Assembly (NCBI GenBank): GCA_027036135.1
Contig: JALVSY010000007.1
Location: 132,880 to 196,879 of the forward strand
Length of the DNA: 64,000 nucleotides
Direction: 5' to 3'
From: Pyrodictiaceae archaeon
GTDB lineage: Archaea > Thermoproteota > Thermoprotei_A > Sulfolobales > Pyrodictiaceae
The notes below the pieces were generated by a model. It searched no databases and was not told where the DNA came from. It worked only from the letters and a program-made list of their open reading frames with translations. Position 1 is the first letter of the stretch. Every line of letters starts with the position of its first letter. This document shows, in pieces, positions 10,502 through 19,912 of this stretch. The translations under genes were made by a program, and so were the position numbers.

Positions 10502-11125
10502 TTGAGGGCGCAGGCGGAGGTTATATCAACCGCTATAATAGTATCGGTCGCGCTTATAGTGGCGCTTGGGCTGATTTATTACCTTAACCCGTTTACTGCA
10601 AGATCCCAGAGCCAGTATAAGCTCTACAGTCTCTTAACCTCCTATGCATCCGAGCTGGAAATAGCTCCCGTATCAACCATTAATACTACCTTGAATACTA
10701 CATCAGTGCTCATTGTTAAGAATACAGGGTCTCTGGGATTCCGTGCCTACTTGACGATAGTACCGTTCTACCAACGAGCCCCCGTAGAGGCTAATGTAAC
10801 CGGGCTAGTGTATAATATGACGAGTAACTACTCTGTTATTGATCCGGGTGATTTCACTGGGTGGACCCAGCTTAATGGGACAAATGTATCAGCGTTCAAT
10901 ATTCATCTCTACATTACTTCATCGTATTACAGATTATCCGACTTCGTTGGTGCAGCGAATGTAGCAGTGTACGATCTGGGAGTATTGAGTCCAGGTACTA
11001 CCCGTGTACTTAAAGTTGTACTAGTAAACCCTATCCCTACATATAGTTACTCAGTTATTATTCTTGCACGTGTTAGTAATGATTACTACGAGGTAGGGCG
11101 CTTCATACTATATAGTAGCGGCTAA
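10502..11125 (+). CDS. Minor type IV pilin-like protein
   Basis: MRA/QAEVISTAIIVSVALIVALGL class III signal peptide, VKNTG motif, several N-x-S/T sequons. Confidence 0.75.
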   Translation: MRAQAEVISTAIIVSVALIVALGLIYYLNPFTARSQSQYKLYSLLTSYASELEIAPVSTINTTLNTTSVLIVKNTGSLGFRAYLTIVPFYQRAPVEANVTGLVYNMTSNYSVIDPGDFTGWTQLNGTNVSAFNIHLYITSSYYRLSDFVGAANVAVYDLGVLSPGTTRVLKVVLVNPIPTYSYSVIILARVSNDYYEVGRFILYSSG

Positions 11126-11222
11126 AATACTAGCTTATTTGCATGGGGCGAGATTTGACTCTAAGGGTTACTTGAGGCAATCAGAGAAGCGCTTATGCCG
11201 AAGGAGTGTAATCATGTACTGT

Positions 11223-11594
11223 CTAGTATCCCAGTGTCCTTTTTATCTGCTCTATTAGCTGCTCCGCTGCACTTACCATGGCTTCTACGTCTTCTTTTGT
11301 GCATGTCTTCTCTGTTGCGCATTGATGTAGCCCGGCTGCGCGCTGGAATACGTCTAGGACTATGTCTCCGAGCTTCGTTGCTAAGTGGTTTTTGAGGCTC
11401 CAGAGCTCCTCGTCGCTCTCTATCCGCTTGCCCTCGGTCGCGTATATGTAGGCCTTGACTGCTAGGCTTACCGCGTCCCAGAGCATCTCGGCCGCCAAGT
11501 CCTTGCGCTCCGGGATGTTCTTCCTCGCTCTCTCTACGAGCTCCCTTGCCGTCTCTATGCACTCGTGTGCTCGTTCACGGAGACCCGTACACAT
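11223..11594 (-). CDS. PaREP1/HEPN-like protein
   Basis: AAEMLWDAVSLAVKA...AAGLH pattern of the PaREP1 family. Confidence 0.7.
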   Translation of the reverse strand: MCTGLRERAHECIETARELVERARKNIPERKDLAAEMLWDAVSLAVKAYIYATEGKRIESDEELWSLKNHLATKLGDIVLDVFQRAAGLHQCATEKTCTKEDVEAMVSAAEQLIEQIKRTLGY

Positions 11595-11900
11595 ACCAGT
11601 TATTACCCCCTATGGATGCCATCATGCCTGGGGCTGTGGGCTTCTTAGCCCCCCGGGCCCTGGGGAAAACTGTGGGTATATTTAAACACTATCTAGTAAA
11701 TGCACGGTTCCTGGAGCGGTATATCGGCTACTTTATGTGGCTCCTTGTTGTCTGCGTTGGCTCTTTTTCCTTTGTCGAAGAATTGTAGTGAAATGGGGAA
11801 TCAGTGAGAATCAAGTATCGTTACAATGAAGGCTGAATAGTTTATATAGTTTATAAGGATATCTAGATATTCTTCTTAGCCATCGTGTTTATGGATGTGA

Positions 11901-12343
11901 TTATGGGAGTACTCTGAGCCATGGTATTCTCTTAAAGTCTTCGTCAAAGGTGAGGATAGTGTCTATCCGTAGTGCTTACAGGTAAGTGCTATGATCCCGT
12001 CTGCTGGGAGGAGATTGAAGCGCTTAATAACATCTACGAGTTCTTGGAGGGAGGCTTTGTCTTCAAGTACTGTTATGCCGAGTTGCCTTATGAGCTCGTA
12101 GACCATATCTATTTCTTTCTCAAATGATTTATAGCCATGCCTTCTTATGTATTCTCTTAGTTCCTCTATGCGTTTTATGCCAAGGTCTCTCCAGGCCTTC
12201 ATCCGAGTAAGAGTATATATGACCTCGTCGATTACTTTTATGCTTGTATAGAGGTTTTCTCCCGTTACGAGATTCTCTATAATCTCGGAATACGGTCTTA
12301 CATCATGTAGGTAGTATACTATAACGTTCGTGTCTAGAAACAT
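11901..12343 (-). pseudogene. vapC: PIN-domain toxin with late frameshift
   Basis: FLDTNV...LLPADGII; stop at 11963; the expected tail IDTILTFDEDFKRIPWLRVLP continues in the shifted frame to 11901. Confidence 0.8.
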
Positions 12344-12347
12344 TCCC

Positions 12348-12551
12348 TTATTGCTCCTCCGCTTCTAGCATGAACTTGTCTAGCAGCTCTTTGGGGGCTG
12401 GGCCCAGTACTCCACGGTATTTTCGCAGGATACGTTTTCTTTCCTCAGTATTAATTATTTTTATTAGTAGCTCCTCTCCCTCCCTCAATTCTACCTTGTC
12501 GAGAGGCTTGAGTACACCGTTCTCGTATCTTACGCGGATAACCTTGGACAA
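12348..12551 (-). CDS. AF2212/DUF104-like antitoxin
   Basis: IRVRYENGVLKPL signature; upstream of the PIN gene. Confidence 0.85.
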   Translation of the reverse strand: MSKVIRVRYENGVLKPLDKVELREGEELLIKIINTEERKRILRKYRGVLGPAPKELLDKFMLEAEEQ

Positions 12552-12767
12552 TGAATGCACCTAGTACTTCCTTGGTAATATATTCCTACCTTGTGCTTAG
12601 CTTAATAGTTTTAGTTCATTGTCTAACTCCTTGCATAGCCTGGTCCCATTATTTGGACACTTGTTGTGTAATATTACTGGGGGTAGTTTCCGGGGTGGGT
12701 CTTCTTATGGCTGCTTTCTCTCCTCTCGTCTCTTGAGAGTGCCTCGGTTACCTGGCTAGGTTATTGT

Positions 12768-14657
12768 GTGGTGTCTTGCTTGGCTTGTCCTGTTAATCCT
12801 CTTGTTGCTGGGCCTGGTTGTCGCTATGCGCTTATGGGTAATGAGGCTATTGCCCGGGGTGTTGTTGAGGCTGGGGCTAGTGTTGTGACGGGGTATCCGG
12901 GTACTCCTAGCTCTGAGGTTATTGAGACTCTTCAGCGTCTTGGCAAGGAGCTGGGGATTTATGCTGAGTGGGCTGTTAATGAGCGTGTTGCGTTCGAGAT
13001 AGCTTATGGCGCTGCTATTGCTGGGGCCCGGTCAATGGCTACTATGAAGGCTCCTGGGCTCAACGTTGCCGCGGACCCAGTGGTGTCTGCCGCTTATGGC
13101 GGTGTTGATGGCGGGCTCGTGGTCCTTGTCGCTGATGACCCTGGGCCTCATACTACTCAGACCGAGCAGGATAGTAGGTGGTTTGCCCACGTAGCTAAAC
13201 TGCCTATGATTACTCCCTCGTCGCCGCAGGAGGCGAAGGACTTCACTGTTAAGGGGTTCTTGCTAAGCGAGGCCCTAGGGCTACCAGTACTCCTCCGAAC
13301 CACTACCAGGGTTAATCACGCGGTCGGCGAGGTCGTGACGGGGGAGCGCTCTGAGCCGCGCTGGGCCCGGGGGTTCAGGAAGCAGGTTGAGCGCTTCGTG
13401 AGGGCCGGGATGTCGTGGAACCTTGAGAGGCATCGCTGGCTTAACAGGCAACTAGCTAGGGCAGAGCTTGTTGCCGAGGAGCTTGGGCTTAACCGCGTAG
13501 AGGGAAGCGGGGAGCTATGTGTCGTCACCGAGGGCTCCGCGTACAACTATGTTGTCGAGGCGCTGAGGGAGCTGGGCCTAGGGGCCCGTGTTGTTAAGCT
13601 TGAGTTGCTCCACCCGTTCCCGAGGAGCTTCGTCTCCAGGGCTCTAGCTGGCTGCGAGAGAGTAGTTGTTGTCGAGGAGCTCGACCCCTACGTAGAGACC
13701 ATGGTTAAGAAACTGGTAGCCGAGGAGGAGAGACTGCACGGCCTAACCGTGCTGGGCAAGGACGAGGACCTAATGCCATTGGAGGGCGAGCTGGGCCCAG
13801 GCCTCGTGAAAAACGCGCTAGCAAGAGCCGCTGGCCTAGAGTACAAGCACCAGGAGATTGAGGCGCCTAGGGCTCCTCCTAGGCCGCCACCCCTCTGCCC
13901 CGGGTGCCCCCATCGCGGCACCTACCTGGGTATATTGATTGGTATTAGCCGGGCTGGATATCGCCGCGACGAGGTACCCGTGTTCGGCGATATTGGCTGC
14001 TATGCTCTGAGCGTAGGGGAGCCACTGAGGGCTATCTGGACTGAGCACAGCATGGGCGCTAGTATCTCGATGGCTGTGGGGCTCAAGCTAGCTGGGTTCA
14101 GAAACCCTGTTATAGCTACCATCGGTGACTCCACTTTCTTCCATGCCGGGGTTCAGCCACTAATAGAGGCTGTCCATAAGCGCGTCGATATCTTGGTTGT
14201 TGTCCTCGATAACCAGGTAGTGGCTATGACTGGGCACCAGTCCACGCCAGCGTGGCCCCAGACAGAGACTGGCAGGGAGACTAGGCCGGTGAGCCTCGAG
14301 GAGGTTATCCGCTCGATCGGCGTTGATAACTTGGTGATAGTTGACCCCGAGAACGTTGACGAGGTAGCAGACACGGTCGCTAAGCTGCTCAGAGCCCCGG
14401 GCGTAAACGTGATCATTGCTAGGAGGCCCTGCGCGCTACTAGACGCTAGGCTTAACGGGGTTAGGCGCCGCTACCGCGTGGTCGAGGAAAAGTGCACAGG
14501 GTGTAATGCCTGCATAGCTGCTACTGGGTGCCCAGCGCTCTACCGAGCAGAGAACGGCAAGGTAGCGATAATGGAGGCTGATTGCCTCGGGTGTGGTATC
14601 TGTACCCGCTTCTGCCCATACAACGCGATAGTCCCCGTGGAGGAGGATAAGCAATGA
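12768..14657 (+). CDS. iorA: Indolepyruvate:ferredoxin oxidoreductase alpha subunit
   Basis: MGNEAIARG, YPGTPSSE, CPGCPH, GDIGC, GDSTFFH and C-terminal ferredoxin Cys motifs. Confidence 0.95.
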   Translation: MVSCLACPVNPLVAGPGCRYALMGNEAIARGVVEAGASVVTGYPGTPSSEVIETLQRLGKELGIYAEWAVNERVAFEIAYGAAIAGARSMATMKAPGLNVAADPVVSAAYGGVDGGLVVLVADDPGPHTTQTEQDSRWFAHVAKLPMITPSSPQEAKDFTVKGFLLSEALGLPVLLRTTTRVNHAVGEVVTGERSEPRWARGFRKQVERFVRAGMSWNLERHRWLNRQLARAELVAEELGLNRVEGSGELCVVTEGSAYNYVVEALRELGLGARVVKLELLHPFPRSFVSRALAGCERVVVVEELDPYVETMVKKLVAEEERLHGLTVLGKDEDLMPLEGELGPGLVKNALARAAGLEYKHQEIEAPRAPPRPPPLCPGCPHRGTYLGILIGISRAGYRRDEVPVFGDIGCYALSVGEPLRAIWTEHSMGASISMAVGLKLAGFRNPVIATIGDSTFFHAGVQPLIEAVHKRVDILVVVLDNQVVAMTGHQSTPAWPQTETGRETRPVSLEEVIRSIGVDNLVIVDPENVDEVADTVAKLLRAPGVNVIIARRPCALLDARLNGVRRRYRVVEEKCTGCNACIAATGCPALYRAENGKVAIMEADCLGCGICTRFCPYNAIVPVEEDKQ

Positions 14658-15307
14658 ACCGTGTCATTAACATCCTCGTTGCCTCGGTTGGGGGCCAGGG
14701 AGGCCTAACACTCTCCAGAGTAATAGCAGCAGCCGCCGTCATGGCAGGCTACAGTGTGAGAACCGGGGAGACGCTGGGAATGGCGCAGCGCTTCGGCTCA
14801 GTAAAGAGCTACATAAGAATAGGCGTGGATACACCGGTATACTCCCCGATATTCGAGCCAGGAGAAGCAGACATCCTAGTAGGAATGGAGGTTACAGAGG
14901 CCTACCGTAACCACCACTACCTAAGACCCATGGGACTAGCAGTGCTGAGCACCGAGGAGAAGCCGCCAATAAGCGTCTCACTAGGCAAAGCAGAGCCAGT
15001 AACCATGGAGAAGCTCATAGAGGCCCTGGAGAGCCACGGGGCAGAAATCATCATAATCGATGCACCACGACTAGCTAGAGAAGCAGGCAACCCTAGGGCA
15101 GCGAACATGGTCCTACTAGGAGCAATGAACACCGCGAAGAAAATCCTACCAGACAACGCTGTAGAGGAAGCGATAAAGGCCATACTGGGAGGCAAACGCG
15201 CAGAAACCTCGATCAAGGCCTACTACCTAGGCAAGGAATACACAGAGAAACACAAACCAAGCAAAGAACATAAAGAGGACAAAACACATGCATCTGAACA
15301 AACGTAG
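14654..15307 (+). CDS. iorB: Indolepyruvate:ferredoxin oxidoreductase beta subunit
   Basis: VGGQG, GMAQRFGSV, NMVLLGA; ATGA overlap with iorA. Confidence 0.93.
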   Translation: MNRVINILVASVGGQGGLTLSRVIAAAAVMAGYSVRTGETLGMAQRFGSVKSYIRIGVDTPVYSPIFEPGEADILVGMEVTEAYRNHHYLRPMGLAVLSTEEKPPISVSLGKAEPVTMEKLIEALESHGAEIIIIDAPRLAREAGNPRAANMVLLGAMNTAKKILPDNAVEEAIKAILGGKRAETSIKAYYLGKEYTEKHKPSKEHKEDKTHASEQT

Positions 15308-15398
15308 TTTCGTTCTTTTCCCTTTTCTCTATTCACCTATCCTATACAGCGCCGGGAGCGTAAGCCTTAGCTAGAACCCCCGTAACATAGACTATACT

Positions 15399-15531
15399 GG
15401 GGTGTCCCGCCCGGCGCCCCAGAGGTCCCCGGCGGCAGTCATATGCGCACCCGACTCCTCATAAATCAGAGAGACGCTTGCCTACCATCCCGCCGCGGGT
15501 CATGCCCCTGGGGCGCCGGGTCTCGGGCCCC
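15399..15531 (-). ncRNA. Structured RNA closed by a bulge-helix-bulge motif, with K-turn and C/D-like boxes (predicted circular sRNA)
   Basis: Minus strand GGGG-CCCG-AGA-CCCGGCGCCCCAG ... CUGGGGCGCCGGG-CGGG-ACA-CCCC; 13-bp perfect stem; K-turn GGG-CAU-GA-CCC / GGG-GA-CCU; loop with CUGA, UGAGGA and AUGA. Confidence 0.7.
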
Positions 15532-15711
15532 CACAAGCTTCTAGGAGAGGCATTACGTGATAAGGCCTCAGCTTTTCCTCGGAGGAAAGGAATCTCCTCT
15601 CTTGCCTGCCAGTCCTTCGTGACTGTCTAGGATTATAGTGCTTCGCCACACGTTTTAGTGCCCCCTTTATGCCTACTGTAGTATCGAAGAAGGAGCTTAG
15701 GAGGTACCCTT

Positions 15712-16491
15712 GTGTTGCGTATTGTTAGTCTCGCGCCCGCTATTACTGAGACTCTTGTGCTCCTCGGAGCCGGTGACGAGTTGGTCGGTGTCTCTGTTTA
15801 TTGCAGGGACTATGCCCCGGGCAAGCCCGTTGTCGGTACCTATATCTCGGTTATTTGGAGGAGACTCGAGCAGGCCCGGCCCGATATCGTCTTGTTGCAG
15901 GATTATGTGCAGCGAGGCCTCTACGAGGAGCTGAGGAGACAGGGCTACCGGGCCTATATTCTCCCGCTCCCAAGCAGCCTCCACGGCGTGGCAGAGAATG
16001 TTGCAGCTGTTGGAGCCGTTACTGGGAGAAGGCTGGAGGGCCTCGTGCTTGCAGAGAAGCTTGAGGACGAGATAACCCAGCTCGGGGAGACAAAGCCGGA
16101 GAAAACTATGAGGGTTTATGCCGAGTACATCTGGCCCGACTACACCACGCGCATGAGCCCCGGGGCACTGAGCTTCGCTGACCATGCTCTCCGCTTGGCG
16201 GGCGCGGAGAACATCTACGCAGGGGAGCCACGAGCCTTTGTCGAGCCACGGCCAGAGGACGTCATCGCAGCCGAGCCAGAGGCCGTGATAGTCTCGGCCG
16301 AGAAGCTCATGAATCTAACCAAGGAGAAGTACCTAGAGAAGACCCCCTGGATAAGAAGACTAAGAGCCATAGAGGAGGACAAGCTAATAATGCTGAGAGG
16401 CGGGCCCGGCCAAGACCTAGCACACCCAGGGCCCTCGATAATCGAGACCACTAAGAAACTAAGAACACTCCTAAAGAAATACAGAACATAA
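15712..16491 (+). CDS. BtuF/helical-backbone metal-receptor family substrate-binding protein (cobalamin/iron-chelate type)
   Basis: RIVSLAPAITETLVLLGAGDELVGVS and C-terminal HPGPSII; no signal peptide visible. Confidence 0.8.
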   Translation: MLRIVSLAPAITETLVLLGAGDELVGVSVYCRDYAPGKPVVGTYISVIWRRLEQARPDIVLLQDYVQRGLYEELRRQGYRAYILPLPSSLHGVAENVAAVGAVTGRRLEGLVLAEKLEDEITQLGETKPEKTMRVYAEYIWPDYTTRMSPGALSFADHALRLAGAENIYAGEPRAFVEPRPEDVIAAEPEAVIVSAEKLMNLTKEKYLEKTPWIRRLRAIEEDKLIMLRGGPGQDLAHPGPSIIETTKKLRTLLKKYRT

Positions 16492-16582
16492 AAACGAGGC
16501 ATAATTAACGAGAAACAGCATTGATTGAAAAGAAGCCGAGCAGGATTGCAGCCTATCTGAGTTATCATAAGGGTACCATACC

Positions 16583-17046
16583 TTACCGTATAACTCTCAG
16601 CCCTAGGCCCGAAGCAACGTAACCCAGGCCCCGATCACCAGTAATTATTGGAGCCCTGTAACGCATAGCTGTCACAATTATTGTTGAATCTACTAGGCTT
16701 AGCCTCCTAGCTCGTAGCAATGGACGCTAGAGGCGCGTAGCAATTCATCCCCTCTATGCTTTATATCTGGGCCGACTCAACCCAGTCGTTCAAGCTAAGC
16801 TCTATTACAACAGTAAAATATCTCGTAAGGAACGTTAAGACCTCCTCTATGCTCTCAGGTATACGGCCACGCAGCCAGTGCACAACATACTAATATAAAC
16901 AACTGTTGCCGGAATAAGACCTCTTACCCTGCACGTCTAATTCCCTGTAAGAGCCTTGCTGCATCCGCGCCCAGCTCTCCATAAGCCATTGCAAGAAGCG
17001 CATACGTATCTACTACTACTTTGTGCGGCTCCTCCTCGCCCGCCAC
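16583..17046 (-). pseudogene. vapC: Degraded PIN toxin, paralogue of 2810-3265
   Basis: Fragments VVVDTYALLAM, HWLRGRIP, RRLSLVDSTII, IITGD interrupted by stops and shifts. Confidence 0.75.
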
Positions 17047-17258
17047 TCGTTCTCCTCCTCATCAAGCTCTCTTTCAGCCTCCTTGGCCGAGCCTTTGCAA
17101 CAACCCCGGACCTTGTCCCAGAGATCAGGCGGGCGAAGAACTATCTCGCGACTCCTCACCTCTAGCTCCAAGAGAGTACCTCAGCAATACCGAGGGACTC
17201 TCACACTCTTAGGCAGAACTATCGTTCCCATTCGTCCAATTCTTATAGTCAGGCTCAT
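17016..17258 (-). pseudogene. vapB: Degraded AbrB antitoxin, paralogue of 2574-2837
   Basis: MSLTIRIGRMGTIVLPKSVR, then frameshifts, then LELEVRSREIVLRPPDLW...ELDEEE. Confidence 0.7.
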
Positions 17259-17580
17259 AAATTAGACCCACTAGTTAGTCTAAGTCACTGCTCCTATTTT
17301 AGGTTCCATTTCCCGGTCTCTTAACAGCTAGTCCTGCACTCATTCTTTTCACTGTCCCGGCCTAACAGAGACCGAGAACCAAGCGCATAATAACATAGCA
17401 ACGCCAACCATTATGAGCACTAACAGAGCCCCAGGCAGCAATAGTGCTCGAGCCACACTAGTAGTAAGCAATTTATCCACTGCCCTAGAACCCTTAAGAG
17501 TACAAATTATAACAAGTGAGGGGATTAAATATACCGGCTACAGTGTCCGGGCACCTAGCAGGTATACTCTGCACTAGCTC

Positions 17581-19602
17581 ATGGAGGCCGAGAGAGCTTT
17601 GGGCAAAGCGGCTTTAGCGGTCCTAGTCATAGTTGCTTTCATAGCGGGGCTACTAGTCTCAGAGGCCCCGATCATAGGCAAGGAGGCTAAACGGGTACTC
17701 TCGGGCCTAGGGCTCTTAGAGACGACGCGGCCAGAAACAATAACCGTTACGAGGGAAAACACGGTAGCAGTAACCCTTACCGCGACAAAGACCGTGACAA
17801 AAACAGTAGAGAAAACCGTGACTGCGACGAGAAGCCTAGTGACCACTATAAAGGAGACCATTACAAAAACAGTTACAAGTACCACGACAAGGACAATAAC
17901 AGTAACAAAGACAACCACCCAGCCAGTAACGATGCCGCTGACGCAGACCAGTCCCGCGCCAAGAACCATGCTGAGCCAAGGAGTCCGGAAAGGGCTAGAG
18001 AGGCTAATCGAGGGCCCCTCGCCACCAGTGCCCGGGAGCCCAGCCTACACGTATGGGGGGCTAAGGCTCTACGCCGGGAAATACCTCGCGGTTAGGAGAC
18101 CGAGGTACCCCGGCTACTATGTCGCAACAATATACGTTGAGAGCCATGGGGCTACTCGCTACCTTGTGCCCTGCTGCCTAAACACGAGCGAGATGCTACC
18201 CCCGAGCCTCCTACTAGCCAACAGTACTTCCTTCACAGAGTACTATAGCGCAAGGAGCCTCTACTCATTCCTCGGGCCCGGGCCCCACACCATAGACGTG
18301 CCCATAGATAGTGGACACGCAGTCGAGTGCAAGCTATGGATAACAAACAGCAATGTCGCGCTGAGTGGTTGCAAGCCAGTAATGGTACATGTTAGCGGGC
18401 CCAGGCTGAACGGGTACCCCTCCCTCCTAGACGCTGTGCTCGAGTCCTACAACGAGACAGTGTTCGAGAAGCTGAGAAACATAGTGTACGGTGGCAAGCC
18501 GCCCAGCGACCTCGCTGAGGCTGCTTGGACAGCACTGAGCTGGGTGAGTAAGCACATCAGCTACGACTATGCGAAGGAGAGGGAGAGGAGCCCCGCTGTC
18601 TACTCGCCGCTACAGCTCCTAGAGAAAGGCAAAGGTGTCTGCGGCGACTACGCCGTATTCCTCGCCGCAGCGCTGCTAGCAGCGGGGGCGAAGACCGCCT
18701 ACGTGATAGCTATTAGCCTGAAACCAATCCCCCACGCTGTCGCCGCGATAAGCCTTAACCACACAATGTTCATCCTCGACCAGCACCTGCCCCCGATAGA
18801 GGCCGGGGACTACGCAGAGTACCTCCTAGGAAACAGGACAATACATGTCTACGTAATCAAGGCGACGTGGACGAGTAGCGGCGTAGCAGTAAAGGCGTAC
18901 CCAGCGAAGCTGAGCCCAGGGCTAGACACCTACCCATGGGACAGGATACCCGTGGAGACCGTGGAGGAAGCAATAAGCCTAATAAGCAGGGATACTGGGG
19001 CAAAGCCAGCCAAGGAGCTAGAAACAGTCATCGAGACCGGGAACGTCTACACCTATGTAGACCGCTACCTAGAGCCCCTAGCAGGGATAACCGGGCACCC
19101 CGTGCCAATAGGGCTCCTCTACAGCCCAGTGTTCGACAAGGAGTGGGCCAAGACAATAGCCGCTACCGGGGAACAAATACTGAGACAATACTACCCCCAG
19201 GCACTAGGACAGGGCTCCTTCTGGCTCACCTTGAACCAGACAATGGAGGAGACAAGGATAGAGCTATACGCGGTCCCGTTCCCCGAGCCAAGGATAACCA
19301 TAACCCGGGAAGGAGACAACCTAATAATAACGATAGAGGCATGGCAAAGAGTCACAGAGACCAGTATCCAGCTCATAATATACAATAGCGACAAGACAGT
19401 ATGCGCCGCAATAGCTCCACAGGGCTACACCTATCCAGGCACCACGACAATAACCGCGACAAAGTGGACAACAAGGCAAAACACCGTAACAATAACACTG
19501 GATAAGACCAGGCTCCTAGAAGCTACGAGCCAGTGCACAAGCCCAGTACTAGACATATGGATGAACAAAGCAATAATATACTCACTAAGAATAAAACCAT
19601 AA
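17581..19602 (+). CDS. Membrane-anchored transglutaminase-like (Cys-His-Asp) surface protein
   Basis: N-terminal TM segment, Thr-rich linker, GVCGDYA...PHAVA...ILD catalytic pattern. Confidence 0.85.
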   Translation: MEAERALGKAALAVLVIVAFIAGLLVSEAPIIGKEAKRVLSGLGLLETTRPETITVTRENTVAVTLTATKTVTKTVEKTVTATRSLVTTIKETITKTVTSTTTRTITVTKTTTQPVTMPLTQTSPAPRTMLSQGVRKGLERLIEGPSPPVPGSPAYTYGGLRLYAGKYLAVRRPRYPGYYVATIYVESHGATRYLVPCCLNTSEMLPPSLLLANSTSFTEYYSARSLYSFLGPGPHTIDVPIDSGHAVECKLWITNSNVALSGCKPVMVHVSGPRLNGYPSLLDAVLESYNETVFEKLRNIVYGGKPPSDLAEAAWTALSWVSKHISYDYAKERERSPAVYSPLQLLEKGKGVCGDYAVFLAAALLAAGAKTAYVIAISLKPIPHAVAAISLNHTMFILDQHLPPIEAGDYAEYLLGNRTIHVYVIKATWTSSGVAVKAYPAKLSPGLDTYPWDRIPVETVEEAISLISRDTGAKPAKELETVIETGNVYTYVDRYLEPLAGITGHPVPIGLLYSPVFDKEWAKTIAATGEQILRQYYPQALGQGSFWLTLNQTMEETRIELYAVPFPEPRITITREGDNLIITIEAWQRVTETSIQLIIYNSDKTVCAAIAPQGYTYPGTTTITATKWTTRQNTVTITLDKTRLLEATSQCTSPVLDIWMNKAIIYSLRIKP

Positions 19603-19696
19603 GAAGCAAAGAAACCGGCTCTTCGCGCCCCTCGCCGAGAAGAGACCATCAACTATGCTTGGGAACAGACTTAGGGCAATGCTTCTTGCCAAGGAA

Positions 19697-19912
19697 CTAG
19701 GCTAATCTGTTCCCCTCCCTGTTCTCCGGGACTAGCTGTCTTAGTTTTCTTAGTGCTTCTTCCCTGCTTATCTCGCCCATTATCCAGGCCGTGTAGGTCT
19801 CTGCTGCTTCCTCGCCCCTACCCTCCAGGTAGGCTCTATATGCTAGCCTAGCTATCTCGTCTAGCTCCTGTTGTCTCTTTCTAGCCCTTCTTAGTAGCAG
19901 AGCGGTGTCCAA
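19697..19912 (-). CDS. Small helical protein, putative antitoxin downstream of PIN
   Basis: Overlaps the PIN 3' end; shares GEIxxEEALxxLRxL with 28106-28312. Confidence 0.6.
   Translation of the reverse strand: MDTALLLRRARKRQQELDEIARLAYRAYLEGRGEEAAETYTAWIMGEISREEALRKLRQLVPENREGNRLA

Noticed and set aside
8100-11125. Cannula (CanA-like) subunits
   Set aside because: These proteins have class III prepilin signals and no similarity I can recognise to cannula proteins.
15399-15531. tRNA, split/permuted tRNA, 5S or SRP RNA interpretation of the BHB element
   Set aside because: No T-loop (GUUCRA), D-loop or cloverleaf in the exons or intron; no 5S/SRP motifs, and too short for SRP RNA.
15540-15710. 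Cobalamin riboswitch upstream of the BtuF-like gene
   Set aside because: Only a small TTTCCTC/GAGGAAA hairpin; no B12-box consensus.
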